From Paecilomyces variotii (lineage: Eukaryota), in assembly GCA_004022145.1 (NCBI GenBank), contig RCNU01000004.1: a stretch of DNA of 64,000 bases; one strand, given 5' to 3'. The first letter of the stretch is position 1. Each line of letters opens with the position of its first letter. The notes beneath the pieces are model-generated. The model ran no database searches and was not told the origin of the DNA. It worked only from the letters and a program-made list of their open reading frames with translations. The position numbers and the translations under genes are program-made. Positions 24,266 to 36,064 of the stretch are shown here, one piece after another.

Positions 24266-25397
24266 TTCGATCCAATTCCATACGGGAACGTTGTGTAACA
24301 GATGATTGCAGATCACCTGGCGTTTGCTTTACACGCCGACACAAACGGACAATTAACATATCACCTAGATGTTCCCTCTGTGCGCCGATATAAATCTCTT
24401 GCCTATTTGGGCAGTCCCGCATCGTATCTTTAAAGGTGGCGAGTGGCGAGTGAAAAGGTCATTGGATAGTTACAAACGAAATTAGTACATGATTAATATT
24501 CGATTAGAGCACCGAGTGCTTTTTTCAAACAGTGACTGGATCTTCTCATGCTGGCGAATCCATTATATTTTCCTTTCTGCGACCGTACAGTAGGATACAC
24601 TTGCCATTTATATATAGCGGCAACACTGTTTCCGGGACGACTGCTGCACTGAGTATATTATTACAAAAGGGCGATACTATGTCAAGTCCAGGTGCTAGAC
24701 GGGCGCATTACAGTGCCCTGAGTGTTGAAATACGTATTGCTTTACCCCTAATGCAATCCAATACAGGGAAAAACACATCGTGAAATATGAATTCAAGCTC
24801 AACTTTCCCTGGCTTGATAAGAACATGTCTCCCATTCAGGTCGCGGACAGGCCCGCGAGGACAAGGAAAACATCCTCGACACTTCTTTTGCCGTGTGCCC
24901 TTGAGGTTAAAACCTTGACCAGAACATGAAACGCGCAGCTCACCATAGGTGATACAGGTCAACACTCATACATGCTGATGTACAATAGACACCCCAGTAC
25001 AGGAACAACTGACAGGAACGTACCTTTGTGGATGTCATCCCACCATGAACAAAGCTTTGACTCCGGATACAAAGAATTCCTCAACATCCTCTTTATCACT
25101 TTCGTCTCATATCCTTACCCCATACCCTTGTCCTTTACTTTATCTCCTCTCTTCCCCCTTTATCTTATTTCTTTATGCTTTGTGCCCCAATTCCCGTCCA
25201 TGTCGCAAGTAGTTGTCGGATCAAGGACAACGTGATGTATCAATGGAGACCGGATGCGCGTCGAATGGCTGTTGCGCGTTCGTTGTCGATGGCACAGGTA
25301 GATGGCGTAATAGTTGTTGGTGATATCCGAAAGGTGAGCCAGCCCCAGCTTGGTGTCGAATGATGCCATAGGGTTGAGGATACGTAAGAATCGTTCG

Positions 25398-25432
25398 GAG
25401 GAGGAGGAGGATGATGATGATGATGATGATGA
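25398..25432. repeat. (GAG)n(GAT)n compound microsatellite
   Basis: gaggaggaggaggatgatgatgatgatgatgatgat. Confidence 0.8.
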
Positions 25433-28013
25433 TAGAAGCCGTATCAATGGAGAGTGTTGATGCGCCGGTGAAGTCGTGTCGGTAAGTTCGGAGTCGGAAG
25501 TGGCATCTCCAAGCTGGGGCGGCGAATAGAGTTGGATCGTAGATCCGAAGATGAGAGCGATCTTGACATCTTGTTAGTATGCATATACATTGGAATAAAA
25601 GGACTCTTACATAGTAGGCTCTGGTCGTCCACTGCGGTGCGGATGGAGTTTAGCCAGTCTAGATCAGGGGTGGTCGTCAGTCACTATTCCAACATGAAGA
25701 CTGGATAACACTTACAAGCCCCGTGACTCACTGGGCCTGCCGCGATGCAGTGGGAATAATGAGAAGCTGCCCTCCAATCCTCCTACGGGAGGACTGGGCC
25801 TGGCGTGCATCACAAAAGCCCAGCTGTGACTACGATAGTACGTAGTGCACGCGGTCGCCTTTGGAGCTACTGACCCAGGTCTTTGCCATTGGTGCCGGTA
25901 CCTAGGAATATAGTCAGCAGAGTTCAAACGCAGTTCAAACGCAGAGCAAGAGAATGTTTCTTACAGCTAGCAGAGCTGGACCAGGCTGCCTGCAGCCCGT
26001 AGACACACGGTCTATTTTTTTATTTGGCGAGCTATGTTGCAGGCCATAAGGGCAGCTTCAGTATGTGCGTTTATACTCATGCAGGAGTATCCGTTCTCGA
26101 CTAAGGAGGTTGTCCTCGCGGTGTCGGCGAGGTTATCCTCTCAAAGGAGCTTTGCCACTTCCAACCTGGAGAAAAAGAAACTATGTGACGCGTTGTTAGC
26201 AAGTGCATGTATAATCAGAAATGACATAGTTCTTACAGTGGGAATGCCAGGTCGGAGCTTCACTGCGGAGCGGACTACATTTTTTTTAGCCAGCCTATAA
26301 CACAGTTAGCTTTCATCTGACTTGGAAGGCATGGAGGAATGGATAGCACATAGCACTTACAGGTTCTGCTATCTACTGGGCTATCCGCTTTATGCAGATC
26401 TGAGGCAGAAGGAGATCACGGTCCTGTGGCATGGTGAGCAGAAGGGACAAGGGGACATAGTTACCTGAAAACGAATCTGCGGTCCCGAGGACTGCGTGCT
26501 GGTCTCTGGAAAGAGTACAAGAGAGGATAATATGTGTAAAGAAGAAACGAATGAAGGAAAAGTGATTTATTTTCAAGCTGGAGCTGAGCTATAGGATGTG
26601 TTCTATGAAGGATGGAAGAATGACTGAGATGAATGTGAGAACAACACGCCGTGAGGAAGGAAAAGGTGAGGTGGAAGAGAGAAAGAGCAGAGGAGGGAGA
26701 ACAGGAAGGAGATGGCCAGTTTTATGAAAGGGGTGGCTGGTCGAAGTGGGAGGCCGCTGGCCATATGAGGGCGAAAGAGCATATGAGAGAAATAACACGG
26801 TACAAAACACGCCTGCTCACTGTGACGAAAGCAAAGAACCACCCAGCCCCCCCAGATATCTTGTCCAATTTCATGTGCTTAACACGGTGAAGCTTCCTGA
26901 TTGGACTTGCACTGCTCAATAGTGAACTCTCTTATCAAAAGTAGTATTTCACATGGCATAGCCCTGCTCCAGTCTGACAATCGGCGCCAGAGATGGTATC
27001 GTTACCCCCAGTCCATGAAGTTTCCCGTTCGAAGATGAACTACTGAGCTTTATATCTTCCTGGCACCAACATGTAGCCAGATGAGCCCAGTGAAAAGGCA
27101 AGAGCGCCCGATCCTTTTGGCTTCAGGCAACGTTCAATCCATCGCGAGTCGAATGATATCGTGGATGGCGTGAAAGGGCAGTGGCTGGGATCGAGGAAGC
27201 CGGAAAGAGCATCCCGATATCGTAGAAGAGCTCCTCCATCACATGCAGTCGAGAGTCTCGTCACTGGGAAAGGACGATGGAAACTATAGCTGATTGAGTC
27301 TGTCAGTGGGCAGTCGTTGTTCTCTGCCAGTAAGTCGAGGACAGGCATCTTTTCGAGAAAGGAGAAAACGATCTACAGTATAAGAAACAACAAGGTAATC
27401 ATAATATGTATAATTCTTTGACTGGGAATTGGTATATAGAGACCCGGACAAAAAGTTCGATATGCATGACATGATTTCACCGTGGCTCATACTCAACATC
27501 TAGACAAACGCCGCGTACAAGACCGTACACCAAAGAAACTCCTACCAACTTTTGATCCTTTTGAGGAAATGGGTATCAGATACAATGAAACAGTTGACTT
27601 GGTGACAATCACCCCGAGGGCCGGTACCCTACCAAGTTCGTAGGGAAGGCGCCTCGAAATCACTGCTCGGTGGCACATTCCGTCACGAATGACGCAAACT
27701 GCGAAGGAAAGGACAGCGAATATGAGCGAGTTGTCGCGTTCACCCCGAGCCTGGAGCAGGCGGACTGTTGTTGGACTCGGTCCAGACCCTGAGTTCAATA
27801 TTTCTCAGCTGATGACAGCAAACAGGACCAGGCCAGTGTCTTTATTACCCGCGGACCAGGTTGTCGGCGTGCAAGAACCGGCGACTGGAGACTCGTCTGC
27901 TTTTTCTGGATATGGGAACAGTGGACCGGTAACACCACTTCCATGAACCGAATCACAGACATCAACAGGTGGTCGACGATAGCGAAGGATTCTCCTTCCC
28001 AGCTTGCTCTCTC

Positions 28014-29225
28014 TCAGGCAATCTTTCTACCAACATTGCCAATACCCCGACCAACAACACTTATCACAACATCTCCATTCTCATTCTCTCCAGACGCATC
28101 CCGGATACCCCAGCCAGGAGCACCGAACTTGGTCAGGTCCCTTGCTAACTGTATCAGGTTCTCATCCGCAATGACCTCTCTTCCTAGCTGCAGACGACCA
28201 ACATCTTCTGATCCCATGGCCATGAGCGTCACCATTATAGGGGCTGATGCAGGAGGCACACATCCTCCTTTCGAGATAGTTTCGAGCAACTGGTATGCAC
28301 ACTGCTTTCCGATATCTTCGGGAGGAGTACCGCCGGATGGAGGCGACGCCAGGTCGGCGGAAAATAGACAGCCCGTGGAGGATTCAGCAACAAGGGAGAG
28401 ACCAAATCCAAGACCTGTCTTCTTCTTGGCTGAGGGGTTGTTCTTCTCCGGAGCCGACATCAGCGGCGCAGAAGATACGTCAGAGAAGATATATGTGTCG
28501 GGAACCAGTTGGTTAAGGACTCCTCTTGCGGTCTCGATCATTCTGGAATTGTTGGAACCAGCCACTCCAGTCGAGTATGCGACACCACGGATTCTCTTTA
28601 TCCTTCCCGGGTTCAGCAAGTGCAGAGTCTTCGGAAGGCGGACCTGGTGGCCAAAGACCAGCTGCACCTCTCCACCACCACCTCTTCCGTTGGGTCCGGG
28701 ATTAGAACGTTTGAGAACGCGCAGTTCGATATTGTTGAAAATTCCAAACTGGTTAAAGAGAGGGAGGACAGCGGTTCTGACGCTGTCCACAGACATATCA
28801 CCGGTCGGGGTACTGGAAGTGATAACACCAGGGCCGGTGAAGAGAACATTGACCGGAGCTTTCGAGAATGGAGCGAGCAGACATAACGGCAGCAAGAAAT
28901 AGCTAACTCCACGCGAGCAGTTGGCAGGAATTTCATGCCTAATCACACCATTGATGGCACCCGAGCCTTGTGCGCTTCCTGTGATCAAACCCGGTTTGTA
29001 GACGACGATTGTACCGGTGTAGGAAATTTCCATTTGGGAGCCATTGGTGACGGCTTCCAGTAGACGCAGAAAAGAGATTTCATGAGGCGCCAGACCAGGG
29101 TTGGAAGCAGATGATGGTCGAATCTGCGAGATATGAACGGCACGTCCGGTCAATGTCGCCAGAACCAAACGGTATACCAGGTTCCTGTGCGTCGTAAAGC
29201 GCACCGGAGGCTGAGGGGTTGCCAT
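28014..29225 (-). CDS. RCL1: 18S rRNA biogenesis protein, RNA 3'-terminal phosphate cyclase-like
   Basis: RLVLATLTG...IRP...PGL..HEISFLRLLEAVTNGS, GGGGEV, GRIKRIRGVAYS, PEDIG, SEDVGRL; single exon, 403 aa. Confidence 0.93.
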   Translation of the reverse strand: MATPQPPVRFTTHRNLVYRLVLATLTGRAVHISQIRPSSASNPGLAPHEISFLRLLEAVTNGSQMEISYTGTIVVYKPGLITGSAQGSGAINGVIRHEIPANCSRGVSYFLLPLCLLAPFSKAPVNVLFTGPGVITSSTPTGDMSVDSVRTAVLPLFNQFGIFNNIELRVLKRSNPGPNGRGGGGEVQLVFGHQVRLPKTLHLLNPGRIKRIRGVAYSTGVAGSNNSRMIETARGVLNQLVPDTYIFSDVSSAPLMSAPEKNNPSAKKKTGLGFGLSLVAESSTGCLFSADLASPPSGGTPPEDIGKQCAYQLLETISKGGCVPPASAPIMVTLMAMGSEDVGRLQLGREVIADENLIQLARDLTKFGAPGWGIRDASGENENGDVVISVVGRGIGNVGRKIA

Positions 29226-29553
29226 CTTCTCCCGGTTAGATGGCTAATTTAGAAATGAAGTGATACCCAACCGAAATATGCAGTTGAACTGAACTGTATT
29301 CGAGCTCTGCCTACCGCCGAAGAAAGCCTGCGGATTTGAAAAATTGACGACGAAATGTTTTTCCGAACCGACCGCCGCGATCTTTTCTTGGCATCGCCAG
29401 TTAACTCCGCAGTAACCCCGCCGCCTATCCAAATCGCATCCGCGGATTATTATTCACTATTGCGCTTTTCTTTCGCTGCAGCGCATCTTCTGCATACTAT
29501 CCTACTATTAGTCGACTTACCCAATTGATCCAAGCAATATAACAGCAGTCATA

Positions 29554-30261
29554 ATGCTTCCTCCAGCCTTGAACATTCCAAAATGGTATGGATGCTCGTA
29601 CAGTACATCAGTACCAACTTTGCCCCTCCCCCGCATTACTCCCATGGCAACCTGCAACCTGCGTAGCTATTCAACAAATCATGCAAGTCGAGACTAATGA
29701 GTATGGTGTTACAGGCTCGAAGCCAATTCTCATCTCCTTCAACCTCCAGTAAATAACTACTGCGTCTACCACCCGTCCTCCCCGGCCACAGCCGGCTACA
29801 CCGTCATGATTGTCGGCGGCCCCAACGCGCGAACAGACTACCACATTAACACCACCCCGGAGTTCTTCTATCAGCATCGAGGATCGATGCTTCTCAAGAC
29901 CGTCGACACATCCACTAATCCACCCACGTTCCAGGATGTTCCCATCCAGGAGGGCTCCCTGTTCCTGCTCCCAGCCAATACCCCGCACTCCCCCATCCGA
30001 TTTAAAGATACTGTGGGCGTGGTCTTGGAGATGCCACGACCTAAGGATGCCGTGGACATTATGCGATGGTACTGTCGGAAGTGTGGAGAGATCGTATGGG
30101 AGAAGCGCTTCGTGTGCACCGATCTGGGCACGCAGGTCAAGGAAGTTGTGGAAGAGTTTGGCGCAGATGAGGGCAAGCGAACGTGTAAGAACTGCGGAAC
30201 GGTGGCATCGACCAAGTACGCAGAGGGAGAAGTCGTGCAGCCACCGCGATTCCCGGAGTAA
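29554..30261 (+). CDS. BNA1: 3-hydroxyanthranilate 3,4-dioxygenase
   Basis: MLPPALNIPKW/LEANSHLLQPPVNN, MIVGGPNARTDYHIN, PANTPHSP, rubredoxin-like WYCRKC...TCKNC; one intron at ~29586-29714. Confidence 0.95.
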
Positions 30262-31163
30262 GAGAGAAAGGGTGCTGTTTATGTATAATTCCAGGGGCAA
30301 ACACCACTGGATTGTTCCATTATAGGTGGTAGTTAGTATGCGGGGTGATGCCGATGTAGTGTAGAAATAGAAAATATATAATACCCGTCTCGCTTCAGTC
30401 GCTTATGATGGATGTCCTCATGAGTACCTTGTGGTCATAAATACAAAGTACCATAAATAACCCTTGTAGATTGCAATGTCTACACAATGTCCAATCAGAC
30501 ATAGAATGCACAATGCATGACTCAATAATCCTGATGCACAGCCTATCCAACCCCACCACGTTCCATTTCGAGATAATACATAAGAACTTCAAGACCAATA
30601 TCCAGAGTACCTGGGCAAGAACAAGAGCAAGCACGACTCCAAACTTCAGCGAAATGAATTATATCTTACATTATTATCAACTATAACATACCCTCCAGTG
30701 AGGCTATTGAATCGATGCCCGAATGTGTCATCAGCGAGGGAACTCAGAAAGGCACGCATTCCACATTGCGTTTCCGGGAATAGAATCAGAGTAAAAGAAG
30801 GCAATGGGCAAGCATTGAGTAAAGAAAGTGTGAGGGTATCAAGATACGAATAAATCCAGTAACCCACCAGAATGGATGATGAAAGAGAAGGGGGCAGTTA
30901 AGTTACAGGACATGTGAGAATCGAATAGAAGTGGATTTTGAAGGCAAGGATGGGGGAAAAAATGAATGAGGTATCGAACCAAAGAAGAGATTGTACATGA
31001 TTGAATAAGCAGCCATCATCATCATTATCATTCAAGAAATGAAGTGATAAGCACAACACCGGTTTACGAAACGCTTCTGTGCTGTCAAAGCTGCATGCAG
31101 AAAGAAAGGAAAGGATATACATTTATATTGTCCTTCTCACATGAACACTGGGTAAATGCTCGA

Positions 31164-33218
31164 TTAATCCTCAAATGGGCAATCGATACTTTCATGGCCG
31201 TCACGTTCGCAGAGCGCGCACCATTTGCTCTCATCAACCACGCCAGATTCCTTTCCGGCGACGGGAGACATAGAAGATGTAAGACCGCCGATCCCCTTGA
31301 GGCCTTCAAGGACCGCGTCCCGGCCAGTGCGCTGAGAACTCGGGCTGCTCGCAAGGTTCTTACGGATGTTGAGACCACCTCCGCTGAGACCAATTTGGGT
31401 GACTGGGCCACCCACGTGAGGCATATCAGGCTCAGGAGTTACAGGCATGGCAGCGGCATTCTGCGTCTTTCCATTGGCATTGCCAAACATGTTTGTACAG
31501 GTGAGAATGTCGTGGCCGCTCATCTCGCAGATCTCGCACCAGGCTGCAGAAGAACCCGCATCAGAAGATTGGTTGTCAACTTCATGCATCGTGTCGAGTC
31601 TCCGCGGCATATCGTCACTACGGCCACGGACAAGCGCCGGACGCTGGGCAGTGTCATCCTTGCCATCGTTCCACTCGTTGGGAACCACAGTGCGGTCAGA
31701 GCGCTGGTGAGCGTGGTGAGGACCGTGAGGTACATTTGGATTGGTTCCATTTCCGGCACTGGTTCGTTTACTAACAGTTGCGCTGCGGTTACGGCCTGGA
31801 GCAGTGTCGTTCAGATGCATCTGTTCGAGTTGACGCTCCAGCTCCTCAATTAGGTTGTCCTTGAGCTCTGTGATACCCTCAAGTTGCTGGACACGCTCCT
31901 CTAGTTGAGCAACCTTCTCTGGGTTTTGGGACTCATGGTCTGCCCCCGACGCCCCGTCCTGGCGCAACACGGCCGGGTTCGCTTCTCCCCTGCTCAATGA
32001 GTGGATGATTGCTTTGAGCCCGCGGATTTCGTCCTCTTTCTGATCCAGTTCTTTGACGTGCCGTTGGCTATCTGAAGACGACTCCACATCCTTCAGAGCG
32101 GCTACGGCCTTCTCACGCTCCTGCTTCAATTCCAGCTTGGTCCTCTCTACTTCGCCGCGCAGGAACTCGACCTCTGCCCGGGCTTCGGCTTCTCCTCGTC
32201 GAGCGTCCTCGAGACCCTCCTCGAGCTCCGACACCAATTCTTCCAGCTGCTTCAGCTGCCTCGCGACGGTCTCCACATCTTCGCCGCGGTCTTGTAGTTC
32301 TCTGTTCTGTTGCATCAGTTCATCCAGTCTTCTCTCGTAGACTCTTTCCGTCTCCGATGCAGCTATCTCCAGCGTATCTAGAGTGCTCCTGAAATCGGCC
32401 CGGTGGCTGTCGAATTCCGCTGTCAACTGGGCAATCTTCTCATTCTTCTCGCGCAATTGAGCCCTGATAGAGAGAGCATCTGATCCCTCCAGCTCCGTGA
32501 TGCTCTTCTGGAACTCGGCTAGCGTAGCTGCTTGATCCTCCAATTGCTTGTCGCGATCCTTGAGTCGTGCTTCGAGTTGTTGAACCTTGTCTCTCAATTC
32601 CTGCAGCTCTGCCTGTGCAGCTCCTCCCGCTTGCAACCGGAGGGGATCGCTTGTTCGGACGGACGTTGGAGTGTCATCCTCTACACTCACTCGGGACGGC
32701 GGTCTGTCTGACAGGCGTGAGGGTGTCTTCATCGGCGATCTGGAGAAACCGTTTGTAGGTAATGTCCTCATCTGAGCGGACGGGGTTCGTAATCCCGCCA
32801 AGTTCAGTTTCGACGGAGGTGCTCCACGAGGAGACTCCGGACGATGTAGAGAAGGGCGTCGCATCCTGGGTTTAGGCACAGCAGGGCTAGGACCGACAGA
32901 CTTGCTGAAGTTCATCGTTGAGGACTTGATAGGAGACTTCACGGGCGATCTCACGGGCGTTGGCGGAGTGCTGACGAGGCGCTTCGTGACATATTTGTTG
33001 TTGTTTATCGGGACGAAAATCCCAGAGCCTGGAATAGATGTTTTGAAGTAGGTTCGTCCGTCGACATCTCCGTTATTCTTACCTCTGCTCGCATGTTCGG
33101 CGGCGAGCTCGACTCCAGCAAAGCGACCTGGTTTGCCAGCGACGGTACCAATAAACCGTACTGTCCCGTACATTCCTCCTGGCACGTTGACCAGGTCCCC
33201 GACCTGGATGTCGGCCAT
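31164..33218 (-). CDS. CAP-Gly microtubule plus-end protein (CLIP-170/Bik1/Tip1-like)
   Basis: N-terminal CAP-Gly (GTVRFIG...FAGVEL...GKNNGDVDG), long coiled coil, two C-terminal CCHC knuckles (WCEICEMSGHDILTC, WCALCERDGHESIDC). Confidence 0.9.
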   Translation of the reverse strand: MADIQVGDLVNVPGGMYGTVRFIGTVAGKPGRFAGVELAAEHASRGKNNGDVDGRTYFKTSIPGSGIFVPINNNKYVTKRLVSTPPTPVRSPVKSPIKSSTMNFSKSVGPSPAVPKPRMRRPSLHRPESPRGAPPSKLNLAGLRTPSAQMRTLPTNGFSRSPMKTPSRLSDRPPSRVSVEDDTPTSVRTSDPLRLQAGGAAQAELQELRDKVQQLEARLKDRDKQLEDQAATLAEFQKSITELEGSDALSIRAQLREKNEKIAQLTAEFDSHRADFRSTLDTLEIAASETERVYERRLDELMQQNRELQDRGEDVETVARQLKQLEELVSELEEGLEDARRGEAEARAEVEFLRGEVERTKLELKQEREKAVAALKDVESSSDSQRHVKELDQKEDEIRGLKAIIHSLSRGEANPAVLRQDGASGADHESQNPEKVAQLEERVQQLEGITELKDNLIEELERQLEQMHLNDTAPGRNRSATVSKRTSAGNGTNPNVPHGPHHAHQRSDRTVVPNEWNDGKDDTAQRPALVRGRSDDMPRRLDTMHEVDNQSSDAGSSAAWCEICEMSGHDILTCTNMFGNANGKTQNAAAMPVTPEPDMPHVGGPVTQIGLSGGGLNIRKNLASSPSSQRTGRDAVLEGLKGIGGLTSSMSPVAGKESGVVDESKWCALCERDGHESIDCPFED

Positions 33219-33980
33219 GTTGACGACTCAGACCTGGTCAGGGCCTTGTGTGTCCGTGTAGTTTTGTAGCTCAGAACCGTGACAGGCAACTCGAGGGACA
33301 GTGACAGCAAACTCCTCGCTTGGTGAGAATGAATAAACTGGACTGGAGTGACAGCGCTGCGATGCTGTGTTGTCGGAGAACATAGGATCTTCTTCGGGCC
33401 ACAGCTTTCAGCTTTAGTTAGTGCTGGCCTGGTTTCTGGGGCGTTCGTAGCCTCGAGGCCCGCTTGGGGCAGAACTGTACCGGACTGTCGGGCCAAAGGT
33501 TGGCTGCTAGAGGATCAAAGCAATCTCAGGATCGTGATACGGCGCACTGGAGAGCTCAAGTACTCGAGTAGTTTGAATAAGGAGAGGGGTTGCTGGGCAT
33601 AGTAGAGCAAGTAAACATTGAGCGGGCGCGGGATGAACCATGGAGCGTGCCTGGAAGTCTAAGAAAAGACGAACCGCCACGTCTCCACTGAGTCGCGGTT
33701 ACGAGTCAAGAAGAAGAATATTAATATCTTATCCCAGATCGATGGTCCTCCGTCAATGCGCCCCTTCTCCTATATCCACATTGTACTGTACAGTCTGCTC
33801 TACGGAGTGATATTATTCTCCTGTCGTAAATTCCAAAGCAGGCTCTCCTGATTGCTGGTCCGGGCGTGTGAAGCTCGAGCCTCGAGATCTCTCCGCGTAC
33901 GCTGCGACCGGACACCTGGCCCATCATACCAACACGAACACCAGTACACGGCTCTGTCTGCCCGACCTCATACAGGCAGG

Positions 33981-35391
33981 ATGGCGCAGTACTTTTTCGA
34001 TCTCCTTTATACCTTTACGGATTGCATGTGTTGCTTTCCGAACTCTCCGCAGCTCAAGATTAACAATCGCAGCTTCAAGCTGTTACGGTTACTAGGCGAA
34101 GTAAGACCATTGTCGCACCCATGGCACAACCGTGCAGAATGCATCTAATACAATTGCTTTGATCAGGGCGGCTTCTCATATGTCTATCTCGTTCAAGACA
34201 AGTCTACGTCAGAATTGTTCGCCCTCAAGAAGATCCGGTGTCCCTTCGGTCAGGAATCCGTGTCGCAAGCTCTGAAGGAAGTCGAAGCCTACAGTCTCTT
34301 CACCGGCACTCGAACTATCATCCACTCCATCGACCATGCCGTGGTGACGGAATCCGCGTCCAAATTCCGAGCCGACGGAGGAGACTCTGGCAAGACGGTC
34401 TACATCGTTCTTCCGTACTACCAGCGAGGGAATCTCCAAGATGCTATTAATGCGAACCTCGTCAACCACACACGGTTTCCGGAGAAGAGGCTCATGCAGT
34501 TGATGCTCGGAGTTGCGAAAGCTCTCAAGGCCATGCATCAGTACCGCGTGAACCGCAACGCACCGACCACCCGCAAAGCCAAGGCAATCAGAAAAGAAGG
34601 GGAGGACGCAGATGAAGATACTGCTGTCAAGGCTGGGAAACCTAAGCGACGACCTACTCGTCGCATGGAAGCAGAACCCGAGGAGGATGAGGAGGAACCT
34701 TTGATGGACGATGAAGTGACAAGGAGTCAGGAAGGCGTCCAAGAGGGTGATTTCCGCCCATATGCGCATCGGGATATCAAACCAGGTCAGCTCAGGCATC
34801 TACACCCACTTGCTCATGGAATACTAACTGGTTATTTTAGGAAACATCATGATCGATGACGATGGTCGCACCCCTATCCTGATGGACCTCGGATCTCTGG
34901 CACCCAGTCCCATCGCGATCACGTCCCGGTCCCTCGCATTAGCCGTTCAGGATACTGCTGCGGAGCACAGCACTATGCCTTACAGAGCTCCAGAACTGTT
35001 TGATGTCAAGACCGGCTCGATAATAGATACAAAGGTGGATATTTGGTCGCTGGGCTGCACTTTGTATGCCTGTCTCGTTGGCAAGAGTCCCTTTGAAGCG
35101 CGCAGCGAAGAGACTGGCGGCAGTCTGAGCATGTGTGTCCTTGGTGGAGATTGGCGGTTCCCTGATGAAAAAGCCGGTGCTGCCAAGGGCAAAGGAAAGG
35201 CGGGTGTTGCGCAGAATGGTGCATCGAACGACAACGAGCCGACTATTAGCGAGCCTGTGAAGGAAATCGTCAGGAAGTGTCTGCAGGTTGAACCAGCAGA
35301 GCGCCCTGACGTTGACGAGCTCATCCAGATGCTCAAGAATGTCATCCAGACCCTGCCTGATGATGAAGAGATTGGCAGTTCCTCTCACTGA
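33981..35391 (+). CDS. ENV7: NAK-family Ser/Thr protein kinase (Env7/STK16-like)
   Basis: N-terminal CMCCFP lipidation patch, LGE/GGFSYVYL, ALKKIRC, HRDIKPGNIM, MDLGS, YRAPELF, DIWSLGC; two introns. Confidence 0.88.
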
Positions 35392-36064
35392 TATGCATCT
35401 GTTACTCTTTATCTGCTTCCTGTTCCTTGCCGGTCGAGGGTTCTCAAGCCTTTTTCCTTTATTTATTATACCGTTTCATGATGGCGTTTTGGGTCATTGG
35501 AACTGATAGCGGACATCCTTTTACCGTCTCATTGACGGTGACTTGTACAGTTAGGCGAATGGAATGGGTATCGAGTCCCCATTATATACTGTCATATTGG
35601 AGTCTCCTCTTTCTTTGCGTGGGGAGTGTAGAAGCATATTCCAGACCGCGATAAGCAAGTAGTCTCAGTATACCACTAGAAGTTTGTAGCAGGACAATAA
35701 TGTCTTAGGCCTACGAGATGATCACGAACTGGTTGGCAGCGGTTGACAACCCAAAATGGACGGTCGCCAAGACCAACCACAATCCATCATGGCAGCATCA
35801 GCCTAGCGAGAATTGCAACAGTATCACAGGCAAGAAGACAATTAGGTCTCGTGGCAGACGCTCTGGATACTATCATGCCGATTCGACCGTCATAGAAAGG
35901 AGCTGGATTGTGACTGTCGAATAGTCTAACGGCCAAATATAGCTGAAGCTTCCACACCCGCCTTTTTTTGGACAACCTCAAGAGCCTGTTTGGCCATCTT
36001 CTATCTGCTACTACATCAGACAGACCAGTGATGTAATAATCTTTATATTCTTCTAAATCAGCAA

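Noticed and set aside
24500-27900. Many short ORFs in the gene-poor interval before RCL1
   Set aside because: No recognisable motifs or coherent splice structure; the poly-Ser ORF arises from a microsatellite.
27943-28902. 319-aa plus-strand ORF
   Set aside because: Antisense to RCL1; no independent protein features.
31044-31853. 269-aa plus-strand ORF
   Set aside because: Antisense to the CAP-Gly gene.
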